From assembly GCA_964619625.1 (NCBI GenBank), contig CAZUFD010000005.1, forward strand, positions 3,635-54,425: a stretch of DNA of 50,791 nt. The letters are read 5' to 3'. This document shows positions 8,315 through 17,900 of the stretch, piece after piece. Positions within the stretch are counted from its first letter, which is position 1. Each line of letters opens with the position of its first letter. The DNA comes from an uncultured Gammaproteobacteria bacterium (GTDB lineage: Bacteria > Patescibacteriota > Patescibacteriia > Magasanikbacterales > GWA2-37-8). Position numbers and translations under genes: made by a program. Under the pieces are notes generated by a model. It had not been told where the DNA came from, made no database searches, and saw only the letters and a program-made list of their open reading frames with translations.

Positions 8315-9202
8315 TTATTTTGGCACAACACTAAACAAGAAATTAACAAGGATATAGCTAAACAGCATCACCGTTATGCCGAGCGTTGTCCATACTAATA
8401 TTTGTTTGGCTTTATCTATCCGTTCACTGGAACCACTGGCGGTCATCCACAAAATACCCGCAAATACGTATAAAACCAGGGTTATGGAACCGATAAAAGC
8501 CATCAGTAAATTTATAACACGCCTAATTAAGGCTGCGGGCGTACGGATATTTGCCGGGTTAAGGACTTCTGAGCTCGTATCTTGTAATTCGCCTATATTT
8601 GTACCGGTCGGCGGACAAGCATCTTCGGCTAAGTCACAGGTGGGACAAGAGCTTTGGCAAAAATAGTTGGCTGCTTGATAATTTACCGCCTCTATAGTTT
8701 CACATTGCTCTCCTTGAAAACATCTCCATTTTTTTAATGGCGGACATTTGGTTGCGAGCGCTTCTCCATATTGACATTTTTTCACGGCGTCAGCATGATC
8801 AAACGCCTGTATATCTTCACAATTTCCGTTAGTAACACAGCCAAAGGGTTCTGGACAAGGATTTTTGCTTAGCTTACAACCTGATGGGATAGGCCCAAGG
8901 GGGCAACGAGTATGGTCTTCATAATTACAAATCGGCTTTGGTTTTCCACAAAAAAAATTACATTCCATCCTCGCGTCGTAATATAAACTTTCTATTACTG
9001 TTATACAGGCGGCGGTTTGGCGGGTACTACACTCCGCCCCCCTTGCCCTTTCGTAAGGATCAGCGGCTATTTTTGAGCATGTATCGGCTTCTCTTGAGCA
9101 GCTATACTCCTCAAAAGCGCTGACACTGGCAACTTTAAAATTTAAAAAAACAATTCCAAGCACAGCAATAAATAGGATTGTATTTGTTTTCAAAAATTTC
9201 AT
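8315..9202 (-). CDS. Cys-rich secreted domain (~200 aa, 20 Cys) fused to a TrbC/VirB2-like pilin core, paralog 8
   Basis: 295 aa: signal peptide, then 20 cysteines by my count between residues ~35 and ~195. The C-terminal part is the pilin core (VFAGILWMTASGSSERIDKAKQ plus two TM segments). Confidence 0.65.
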   Translation of the reverse strand: MKFLKTNTILFIAVLGIVFLNFKVASVSAFEEYSCSREADTCSKIAADPYERARGAECSTRQTAACITVIESLYYDARMECNFFCGKPKPICNYEDHTRCPLGPIPSGCKLSKNPCPEPFGCVTNGNCEDIQAFDHADAVKKCQYGEALATKCPPLKKWRCFQGEQCETIEAVNYQAANYFCQSSCPTCDLAEDACPPTGTNIGELQDTSSEVLNPANIRTPAALIRRVINLLMAFIGSITLVLYVFAGILWMTASGSSERIDKAKQILVWTTLGITVMLFSYILVNFLFSVVPK

Positions 9203-9279
9203 AATCGAAATGAGTGAGTGAAGTGATGAGCTTGCTCAATCACTTCCGAACGAATTAGTTTATATCCATAGATATAATT

Positions 9280-9696
9280 TTATTTAAGTCCATACCCGCC
9301 CTTTAACCCCACGGCCGTACCCAAGAAACGTACCAGCATATACGCGCCAAAAACCACTACCAAACCGATAATGGCCGCCGTAATAATTTCCGTGCCTTTT
9401 TTGGTTTGCTCGGCATTGCCTCGTGATAAAATAAGCGTAAAGCCGCCGTAAATAAAAAATAATAAAGCAAGCGCGCCGACAATGCCAAATAAATAATTAA
9501 CAACATTCAACAGTAAAATAACATAAACACTTACACTGCGGCATTCACCTTCGGTGGCGGGATCGCCTGTGGGATTATCTAGAGCACACTGCGGAATAAA
9601 TTTACTATCCCCAGTTTGCGCTAAAACCTGAGCGGCATTAAAAAATACCGAAGTCCAAAGTAGAAAAACAAATATAATTTTTACAAATTTCGGCAT
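9280..9696 (-). CDS. divergent TrbC/VirB2-like two-TM pilin paralog 9
   Basis: 138 aa: signal peptide (…VLAQTG), 2-Cys N-terminal loop (QCALDNPTGDPATEGEC). Degenerate core IYGGFTLILSRGNAEQTKKG. Confidence 0.55.
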   Translation of the reverse strand: MPKFVKIIFVFLLWTSVFFNAAQVLAQTGDSKFIPQCALDNPTGDPATEGECRSVSVYVILLLNVVNYLFGIVGALALLFFIYGGFTLILSRGNAEQTKKGTEIITAAIIGLVVVFGAYMLVRFLGTAVGLKGGYGLK

Positions 9697-9697
9697 A

Positions 9698-11062
9698 CTA
9701 AAATGTCTGATTTATCTTTGCCGCCGCTCTATTTAATACTTCCTGTTTCCATTGTAATTCTCTGCCTTCCGGAGCCGGCAAGAGCCATTCATGAGTCATA
9801 TCTGCCATAGCTTTTACCGTCGCGTCGTAATCTTTTCCTTTATACCAACTATCGGAAATAAGCACTTGCGAAGCAAACGGATACAACTGGTCATTATCAA
9901 GCTGGCCGGCAATATAGGCGCGTAAAGCCGCCGGACGACCGGATTGGTCTAGGTAATCTTTGGTGACTTTGGAGTGAGCCAAGTAATTGAGCAGCGCCCA
10001 AGCTTCGTTCTTATGTTTTGATTTATCGGTAACTGCTTGCACCCAATAATTTGCGACATTCACCGGCTGTTCGGGATTGAGCTGCAGCATTGGCAGCACC
10101 GCCATATTTAACTGCGGGGCGCGGGCTTTGATGACCGGATAGTGATAGCTGTACCCAAAGAAAAAGGCTAAAGAACCATTAATAAATTTATCCAGCGACA
10201 TTGCCATATCTTCGTTCCAGGTATAGGTATCACGCGAAGAATTGGCAAAATCCGTATAAAAATTCATGACTGAAATGGCTGGATTTGCCTGATCGCGAGT
10301 AGAAAAATTCACCCGACCGTCTTTAATAAGATTAACGCTGCTTTGTTTAAAAAGTATATATACAATATCTTCAAATCCGGAAATATTGTTGCCCGTACCC
10401 AAGGCGGTGCCGGCCTGCACAATATTACCCGAGGTTCTATCAAATTTGGTTATTTTTTTAACGGCTTCTTGAAAATCTTCCCAAGTTTTTGGCGGTTCGG
10501 CAATATTGGCTCTATCTAACAAATCTTTATTATAATAAAGCGCCATATTTTCAAGTGAAAGGGGCAAACCGTAGATTTGATTATCCATGATTACGTCATT
10601 TTTAACCGCCTGCACATATTCCTTTTCCAATTGATTGGGCGTTAGTAAATTTTGATTTACGGTACTGACCGTGGTCTTGGTGCCGAGCGTGGTTTTTTCT
10701 ACGCGCACGGTGGTATCAGAAACACTTCCCGGCATGGCCGCCAGTTTTGGTTTATAAAAAGTCATCCAGCGATTCCGCACGGAAATTATATCCGGCCCGC
10801 GATCTTCGGCTAAAGCCTCCAAAAGACGCGGATAGATTTCGTCAACGCGAAGTTGTTTTAAGTTTATGGTTAAATATGGCCTATCCGCCTTATACTTGTC
10901 TATCTGCGCTTGCAGGGCATCCACATCATCAAACACTGTCCAATACTCCAGGGTTACACGCTGGGTAGCCGTTTGTTCTTCTTTTGACAAGCCCTTACAA
11001 CCCAAACCGGCCAAGGGTAAAACTAGGATAAAGCTTAAAATGAAGAATAGTTTTTTAGACAT
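9698..11062 (-). CDS. extracellular solute-binding lipoprotein (ABC sugar-type family 1)
   Basis: 454 aa. Lipobox LAGLGC, overall SBP_bac_1-like layout (LEYWTVFDDVDALQAQIDKYK..., GLPLSLENMALYYNKDLL). No permease or ATPase genes are adjacent. Confidence 0.7.
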   Translation of the reverse strand: MSKKLFFILSFILVLPLAGLGCKGLSKEEQTATQRVTLEYWTVFDDVDALQAQIDKYKADRPYLTINLKQLRVDEIYPRLLEALAEDRGPDIISVRNRWMTFYKPKLAAMPGSVSDTTVRVEKTTLGTKTTVSTVNQNLLTPNQLEKEYVQAVKNDVIMDNQIYGLPLSLENMALYYNKDLLDRANIAEPPKTWEDFQEAVKKITKFDRTSGNIVQAGTALGTGNNISGFEDIVYILFKQSSVNLIKDGRVNFSTRDQANPAISVMNFYTDFANSSRDTYTWNEDMAMSLDKFINGSLAFFFGYSYHYPVIKARAPQLNMAVLPMLQLNPEQPVNVANYWVQAVTDKSKHKNEAWALLNYLAHSKVTKDYLDQSGRPAALRAYIAGQLDNDQLYPFASQVLISDSWYKGKDYDATVKAMADMTHEWLLPAPEGRELQWKQEVLNRAAAKINQTF

Positions 11063-11143
11063 AGGCCAATGGACAAAACAAAGGCTTTAAATTCGTGATT
11101 TGTTTCGAATTTCGTGCTTCGGATTTCGAGTTTACGCTTAGTA

Positions 11144-12010
11144 TTATATCACACTCTTTAGATAATCTCTAAAATCATCTGCTAATTTTTTATCACGTAA
11201 AGCAAAATCAACATTGGCTTTAAGATAGCCAAGTTTTGAACCGGTATCATAATATGTGCCATCAACTAAACAGGCATAATAAGGCCGCTTCTTCAAAACT
11301 TTGGTATGGGCATCTGCCAGCCACAACTCTCCATCTTTGCCCAATTTCGTTTTTTCTAAGGCTTCAAAAATATCCGGTGTTAAAACAAAACCACCAAGGA
11401 TTGCCAGGTTAGATGGCGCTTTTTCCGGCCCGGGTTTTTCTACGATATTTTTTACTTGATATATATTTTCTTCTACCTCTTTCGCGTCAATAATCCCATA
11501 CTTTTTAGTATCCGCCTTGCTTACTTTACAAGTAGTAATAACCGGATCGCCATACTTTTCATATACTTCTATAAGTTGTTTTAGTTGTGGTTTGTGCGGC
11601 GCATAAAAAAATTCATCCCCCCACATGACTGCAAACGGCTCATCACCGATAATATCTTTGGCGCATAAAACAGGCGTACCGTTTCCATAAGGTCCTTTTT
11701 GTCTAATGAAAATAAAATTGGCCAGATCAGCAATTTTCTTTACTTCTTCGGCAACATCTTCTTTGCCTTGTTTTTTGAGCAAATTTATCAGTTCGTAGTT
11801 GGGACTGAAGTGATCTTCTACGGCCCGTTTGCTGGGGCCGGTTACCATAATAATGTCGGTGATGCCGGATTTGACCGCATCTTCAACCACGTATTGAATA
11901 ATCGGTTTGTCTACGACCGGCAACATTTCTTTGGGCTGGGCTTTGGTGGCGGGCAAAAATCTGGTGCCTAGGCCGGCGACGGGAATTACGAGTTTACGGA
12001 TTTTAGACAT
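11144..12010 (-). CDS. galU: UTP--glucose-1-phosphate uridylyltransferase
   Basis: 288 aa. The N-terminus KLVIPVAGLGTRFLPATKAQPKEMLPVVDKPIIQYVVEDAV is canonical GalU. Confidence 0.9.
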   Translation of the reverse strand: MSKIRKLVIPVAGLGTRFLPATKAQPKEMLPVVDKPIIQYVVEDAVKSGITDIIMVTGPSKRAVEDHFSPNYELINLLKKQGKEDVAEEVKKIADLANFIFIRQKGPYGNGTPVLCAKDIIGDEPFAVMWGDEFFYAPHKPQLKQLIEVYEKYGDPVITTCKVSKADTKKYGIIDAKEVEENIYQVKNIVEKPGPEKAPSNLAILGGFVLTPDIFEALEKTKLGKDGELWLADAHTKVLKKRPYYACLVDGTYYDTGSKLGYLKANVDFALRDKKLADDFRDYLKSVI

Positions 12011-12088
12011 ACAAAATTAATCTAGTTCAATAAATTTATACTGTTTTGATTGTATCAAAACATCAAACTCTTTTCAATCCTTAAAAAA

Positions 12089-13858
12089 TCATTTTACAAT
12101 CGCATAGCTGCCGGCCTGAAAAGCCCACGAGCCGCCGGGCCCGCTGCTAAAGCTGGCACTTTGGAGGCCGGTTTGGTAATTAATAACGGCGTTATTTTCC
12201 AAACGAATTAAATTGGCGGTTAATTGAAGCGGCGCGGCGTTATTTTCTACTTCAATAGTGCCGTTGGGAGCATAATAAATACTACTGGAGACATTGTTGT
12301 TTAATTCAATAGCCATGCCGGTGCCGGAATAATTGCTTATTAACATTAGATAATTGCCGGGATTGCTATTGCCCGTCACTAACGCGTTATTGTTAAGGGT
12401 TATTTTGCCATTTACGGTTGAACTTGCAGGATCGTCCGCTATTAAAACCGTGCCGCCGCTGCCTAACGACGCGCTGCCGCGAATAGCCGAATTATTATCT
12501 ACTATAATATTTCCGGCCACCCAAACCGGGCCAGCCAACCACACGGTGCTGTTATTTATTATGGTTAAATTACCGTTAATTTTAACCGGGCCGAGCGTGG
12601 CGCTACTGCCATCCAATGTTAAACTGTTAATTGTGCCGCCGGCTGCGGCCGCATCTTCCCAATTGGTAATTTGGGCCTGCGAAATTGGCATGGCTTGCGG
12701 AGCTGGAGGGGTGCTGCTCGGGTAAGAAACGCCGGAAACTGAACAAGTGTTGGTGGTTTGGTAATAGGCACTCCCGCCAATAGTACAGCTGGTAATGGCT
12801 GGCGCTCGTACCGTGCCGTTTACCGTTACGCCGTCCAAAGAAGTGGCCACGCCGCCCATAATAGTTTGAAAATTCAAATCCCCGCCTACAGCGTTCCAAA
12901 CCGGGGTAGAGGCATTCCAGTTAGTGCTATATTTGCCGGTATTACCGGCATAACTATCGGTGTTATCCATACCCCAAATGTAATAATGGTTGCTATTTGA
13001 TCCCGAAGAAAGCATTAACCAATATTTTTGCCCGCCGATCAATGTAGGGTTGGATGTAAAAGCGCCTTCAATAAATGCATAGCTGCCGGTAATGGTAGAG
13101 GCAGAGATAGCGCCGCTCGCCAGTTCGGTTTTGGATGGCTGGCCGTTATTATCAGAAACTATTCTAATTGTTAAATTTCCGGGATTACCATTTTTTTTCA
13201 AATAAACTTTTATTTTGGTAATAATATTGGTAGCGCTAGGAATAAAACTCTGAGCAACATCCTTGCGCGCGCTCTCATTGCCAAATAAAAAATCGCTGTT
13301 TTGGGTTTGGAAATTCTGATCCGGCGCGGCAGATGAACCGGCCGCCACCGACGCATCACCGGTAATTACGCCCGAACCGCTAATGTTGCCGCTGACATAT
13401 ACATTGCCGTTAACTTGGGAGTTGTTTCCCATACTTAGCCCGCCATAACCGGACTGCACGCCAAATTGAAAATTGACTACAGTTAAATCAATCGTAGCGA
13501 TAGCGCTTACAATACGCTCGGCCACGGCTCCATTTTGGTAAATAATTCTGCCCGTAGAAACTATTTGCTTACGATTTGAATCTACAGTGGAAATGGTGGT
13601 GCTAAAGCTGCCATCGCCTAGTGTAATATTACTTTCACCGCTAAAATTTGCATCCTGATTAAGCTGATACATCGCTTGGTCAAGGCCGGCTTCCGCAATG
13701 GCAAGCGCCCCGGCGCGAGATACGGTTTGCCGCTCGGCGCGAGAATGAACATTGGTTAGACCTATCAAACTAACGGACAACATTAAAAGTATCGCCATAA
13801 AAACCATAGCGAACAAAATGATCTGCCCTGATTGATTCATTTTAAAAATTTTAACCAC
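12089..13858 (-). CDS. PilX_N-type large pilus-associated protein (putative tip or minor pilin)
   Basis: 589 aa. N-terminal hydrophobic segment plus AERQTVSRAGALAIAEAGLDQAMYQLNQD, typical of the PilX N-terminal domain. The remainder is Gly/Asn/Ser-rich and beta-helix-like (NGNVYVSGNISGSGVITGDASV; LENNAVINYQ). Confidence 0.6.
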   Translation of the reverse strand: MVKIFKMNQSGQIILFAMVFMAILLMLSVSLIGLTNVHSRAERQTVSRAGALAIAEAGLDQAMYQLNQDANFSGESNITLGDGSFSTTISTVDSNRKQIVSTGRIIYQNGAVAERIVSAIATIDLTVVNFQFGVQSGYGGLSMGNNSQVNGNVYVSGNISGSGVITGDASVAAGSSAAPDQNFQTQNSDFLFGNESARKDVAQSFIPSATNIITKIKVYLKKNGNPGNLTIRIVSDNNGQPSKTELASGAISASTITGSYAFIEGAFTSNPTLIGGQKYWLMLSSGSNSNHYYIWGMDNTDSYAGNTGKYSTNWNASTPVWNAVGGDLNFQTIMGGVATSLDGVTVNGTVRAPAITSCTIGGSAYYQTTNTCSVSGVSYPSSTPPAPQAMPISQAQITNWEDAAAAGGTINSLTLDGSSATLGPVKINGNLTIINNSTVWLAGPVWVAGNIIVDNNSAIRGSASLGSGGTVLIADDPASSTVNGKITLNNNALVTGNSNPGNYLMLISNYSGTGMAIELNNNVSSSIYYAPNGTIEVENNAAPLQLTANLIRLENNAVINYQTGLQSASFSSGPGGSWAFQAGSYAIVK

Positions 13859-13865
13859 AAAATAA

Positions 13866-14441
13866 TTAGTAATTTTTTAAAAAAATCTGTTCGCTGGCAC
13901 GACTCTGCACCTGCGCTCTATTTTCCGTCGCCGTAGTGGTTACGGTCGCGGTCACTTTTTTTACCTGTGTAAAATCCACACTATCATAGCTAAAATTTAC
14001 ACCCACAATTACATTGCTTAATAATTTTAATCCGCCGATACGCGCGCTGGCGGCGTTTGTTTCTAGATAGCGATAAAAATTTGTGCTGCTGACATAAAAA
14101 GCGGCATAATCCCACGTGTCATTTATAGTCTTGCCGGTAGAATCAATGGCCGGGATTTGCAAAACCAAAGTTGAGGAACCGGAAGCGTAATTTACGCTAT
14201 TTATAGTGCGGCTTGAGAGAACGCGATAGGCTTGCGCGGTTAAATTGGAAACATCGGTAAGCGAAGTCCGCGCGCCGCCCACAGACGCCAAATGGGCGCC
14301 GCTTAAATTGAAAATTTTTCCAAACGCTTCATACACTCCGAATAACGCTAGTGAGATTAAAACAAAGAGGCCGATGGAAATTAAAGTTTCTATGAGCGTT
14401 ACGCCTTTGTTTGAATTTTTTTTATTAAAAAAATTAATCAT
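13866..14441 (-). CDS. prepilin-type N-terminal cleavage/methylation domain protein (minor pilin)
   Basis: 191 aa. KG/VTLIETLISIGLFVLISLALFGV is a class III signal peptide with Glu at +5. Confidence 0.75.
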   Translation of the reverse strand: MINFFNKKNSNKGVTLIETLISIGLFVLISLALFGVYEAFGKIFNLSGAHLASVGGARTSLTDVSNLTAQAYRVLSSRTINSVNYASGSSTLVLQIPAIDSTGKTINDTWDYAAFYVSSTNFYRYLETNAASARIGGLKLLSNVIVGVNFSYDSVDFTQVKKVTATVTTTATENRAQVQSRASEQIFLKNY

Positions 14442-14848
14442 AGGCCCCCTTGGCTAATTAAAGTAGTAAGCGAAACAGTGTGGCGTTTTTGCGCGCCCGG
14501 TTCTTGCCAAGACACTTCTACTAATACCTGTTTGGTTCTGTCGTTGTATTGGCTAACAGTCGTGCTGGCGCTGGCTTCTGGCAGAGACGAGAGTTGCGCG
14601 TCGCTAAACGCGCTGCTTGAGGGCAAGCCAGCATATCCCAAAGCGCGCATATTTTCTAATTGGCTCTGGGCAATACGCAAAGCCAAATCTTGATGCTTAA
14701 CATTGCGATTTAAAATTACGGCGGTGGCGGCTGCCTGAAATAATACAAAAAAAACTGCGATAATCGCCAAACTTACGAGCGCTTCGAGCAGTGTACTGCC
14801 GCGGCTGTTTAAACGGCGCTTATTTTTAAACTTATATATTCTAAACAT
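14438..14848 (-). CDS. prepilin-type N-terminal cleavage/methylation domain protein (PilV/GspI-like minor pilin)
   Basis: 136 aa. RG/STLLEALVSLAIIAVFFVLF. It overlaps the downstream gene by 4 nt, suggesting translational coupling. Confidence 0.75.
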   Translation of the reverse strand: MFRIYKFKNKRRLNSRGSTLLEALVSLAIIAVFFVLFQAAATAVILNRNVKHQDLALRIAQSQLENMRALGYAGLPSSSAFSDAQLSSLPEASASTTVSQYNDRTKQVLVEVSWQEPGAQKRHTVSLTTLISQGGL

Positions 14849-14873
14849 TACTATAGTATATCATGAAATTAAT

Positions 14874-14911
14874 TATAAAAAATATCCTCCGACATTACGT
14901 CGGAGGATATT
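14874..14911 (-). terminator. rho-independent terminator after the 1,388-aa gene
   Basis: 13-bp perfect stem AATATCCTCCGAC / GTCGGAGGATATT (14881-14893 / 14899-14911) with a 5-nt loop. On the minus strand it is followed by TTTTTAT (plus-strand ATAAAAA, 14874-14880). Confidence 0.7.
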
Positions 14912-14934
14912 TTAAAACTTTGTCTTAAAGTTTT

Positions 14935-17900
14935 TTATTGCAGGGGCAGTTGTTGAACTTGCTCTAGAGAAAACGCGGTGTTATATAATCGCAAATCATC
15001 AAATAAGCCGGAGTAATTTCCGCCATGACCGATTATATCCATGCCATCGGTGCTGGTGCCGCCCAAATTCTTGCCGGTGCTGCCGCTTCCCGCCAACTGG
15101 CCATTGATATATAGCGTTACATTTGTACCCTGGTGAACAGAGACCAAGTTTACCCAAGTATTGAGCGGAATGGTGCTGCTAGAGTATATATGTGTGACAA
15201 ACGGAGTGCCGTCGCTGTGAGTAGCTACAAATTTCAAACCAGTTGAAGTCTTTTGCAGCCTGGTTTGTAAGATTCTGTATTTGAAGAGCAAGGCGTGGTA
15301 GCTGGCAGTTGACCATGAATTGTATGTGGTGCTCGTGATTCTTACCCAGTTAGATACCGTGGCTTGATTCCAACCATTAATAATTTGGGATCCGTCGGTG
15401 GCCAAGTATGTATTAACTGCCCCATTGAAAGACAACGATGCAGTATTGGTAGCAGCAATCGGAGCGGTATTTGTGCTATAGACAATAGTTCCCCTGCCTA
15501 CAGTTGTAACTCCTAACATTGATTCAACAACATTATTATTGAATTTCCAATAAAGTGTAGGTGATGGCAAAGTTGGGGTGGTTTGCGTTACCATGTTTAC
15601 GGTGTAAGTAGTATCTAGAGCCGGAGTGACTATCATATGATCTTTGACACCTCCATCTGACCAAGAGCTGAACTCATATCCTTGTCCGCTAACTGTTTGC
15701 GGAGAATTTAAACCAATGGTTCTTTGCACACCGGCTACGCCTACAAATGTGAATGGTGTAATTTGAGGCGAACCATCAAGTAACACTTGCGTGCCTGGGA
15801 CGCTTGCAGCCAGAGTTATATTTGCTTTTCTAGGCAGTACATCTCGGCTTACGGTATTTTGCAGCCCGCTTGAGTCGGTGACGGTTAAGTTAATTCTATA
15901 CCATACATTGTCTTCGGTATGGCCAAAGGTTGGAATCGTAAATGCGCTTGAAGTGGTACTGGTAACCGGACCAAGGTGCGGATGCGTATGAGTATCGTGG
16001 TGGAATACAACTGTCCAGCTATACGCGCTGGCTGGCAACACGCCATCATCGGGGTCGGTAGCTTCTCCAGAGAAATTAATCGTATCACCGGCAGTATATA
16101 GGGTTCCTACCACAGGCAAAATAATATTTGCTGTTGGCGCGGAACCGACCATAATGTTTAGAGTAACCGAATGAACGCCGCCATGGCCATCGGCCACGGT
16201 AAGTCTGGTAGTGTAATTGCCACTGGCAATATAGGTGTGAGTGGAAGTAACGCTCGTGCTGGTGGCGCCATCACCAAAATCCCATAGATATGTGAGCTGG
16301 TCATTGTCCGGATCAGTGGAACCAGAGCCATCTAAATATACAGACAGAGGTGTTGGGCCGGAAGTTGGAGTTGCGGTTGCGACCGCTGTTGGATTACGGT
16401 TGGTACTACTAGCAACAAAGGTAATTTTAGAAATTATACCCGAACCATGACCAGCCACCAAAAGACTGCCATCTGGAGCGGTTTTCAAATCAACAGAATA
16501 TTGAGGTACGGGCAACTCAAAGGTGGCGGAAGCATTATTTGCCGAATCCAAATATCTGAGCCAGGTGGCACAATAATCTATAACGAAATAATCATTTTGA
16601 TATGAAGCTGGGAACTGGCTGCCGGTGTAGAAGGCGCCGCCGGTAATAGCGCAGCCCTCAATACCTCGTTCGTGAACATAAATTGGGTTGCGAGCATAGG
16701 TGTTGCTGCACATACCTTCACAAGTTGGCCAGCCATAATTTATACCGGCATTGCCCACGTTTACTTCTTCCCACAGACCAGCGCCCACATCATTGATGTG
16801 CATCTTGCCGGTAAGCGAATTGAAAGAAAAACGATATGGATTGCGCAAACCAAATGCCCAAATAGCGCGATATTGTCCGGCTGGAGTAAGAACATTTCCG
16901 GAAGTATCAACAAAGCTGGCTGGGTTGTCTGATGGAATTGTGCCATCACTATTTAAGCGCAAAATTTTTCCGTTGTAGTCTGTAACTGATTGAGAACTGA
17001 GCGGCTCGCCGGCATCCCCAAGTGATAAATATAATTTTCCATCCGGACCAAAATGAATATCCCCGCCGCGGTGGTTGCCGGAAATGTTATAGTATTCAAG
17101 CAATATTAACTCGCTGCCTGGGACAACAACATTTCCATTCGCAGTAAATCTACTTAAACGCGCGCCCAACGAATTCTCCGTATAGAAAATATAAATGTAA
17201 TTGTTGGTGGTGAAATTTGGATCAAACGCAATGCCTAGTAATCCGCGCTCTTCATCGCTGCGCATGTTGGTAGTTACCAAAAATGGAGTTGCTAATAATT
17301 GGCCTTCGGGAGTAATAATTCTCACCGCGCCAGCCTGTTCGGTAACAAATAATCTGCCATCCGGTGCAAACGCCATAGCGGTAGGATTGGTAAGACCGGT
17401 AATAAAATTATTGTTTATCTGGAATGTGCCTTCGGCAGGAGTGGATGTGGAAACGAAGCTGGCTGCAATTGTTTGGTTGGAATTTACATTGCTAAAAGAA
17501 TAATTGGAAACTGCGCCAACTGAACTGCCATTTACCAGCACATTGGAAATTTGATAGCCGCTGTTGGGAACGATGGTAAATGTTTGGCTGCCTCCGAAAG
17601 GAACTACCACCGTGCCACTTGGAGAAATACTGCCACCAGCGCCGGCTGAAGCCGAGATTGTATAGGTAATTTGAGAGAATGTGGCGCTAATTGCGTGGTT
17701 AGCTGTAACATTTGTAAATGTATAACTGGCCAGCGCGCCTTGATTTACACCGTCTACCACCACCGTGGCAATCTGGTAACCGCTGTTAGGGGTGATGTTA
17801 AATGCTTGGTTAGCACCGCTGCTTACAGCTACTGTCCCTGATGGAGAAATTGATCCGCCCGCTCCGGCCGTAGAGGTAATTGTATAGGTTGTGGTAGGGG

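Noticed and set aside
12011-12088. Hairpin GTTTTGAT-TGT-ATCAAAAC between the PilX-like gene and galU as a terminator
   Set aside because: The stem is AT-rich and only 8 bp, and no T-tract follows it on the minus strand. That is too weak to call.
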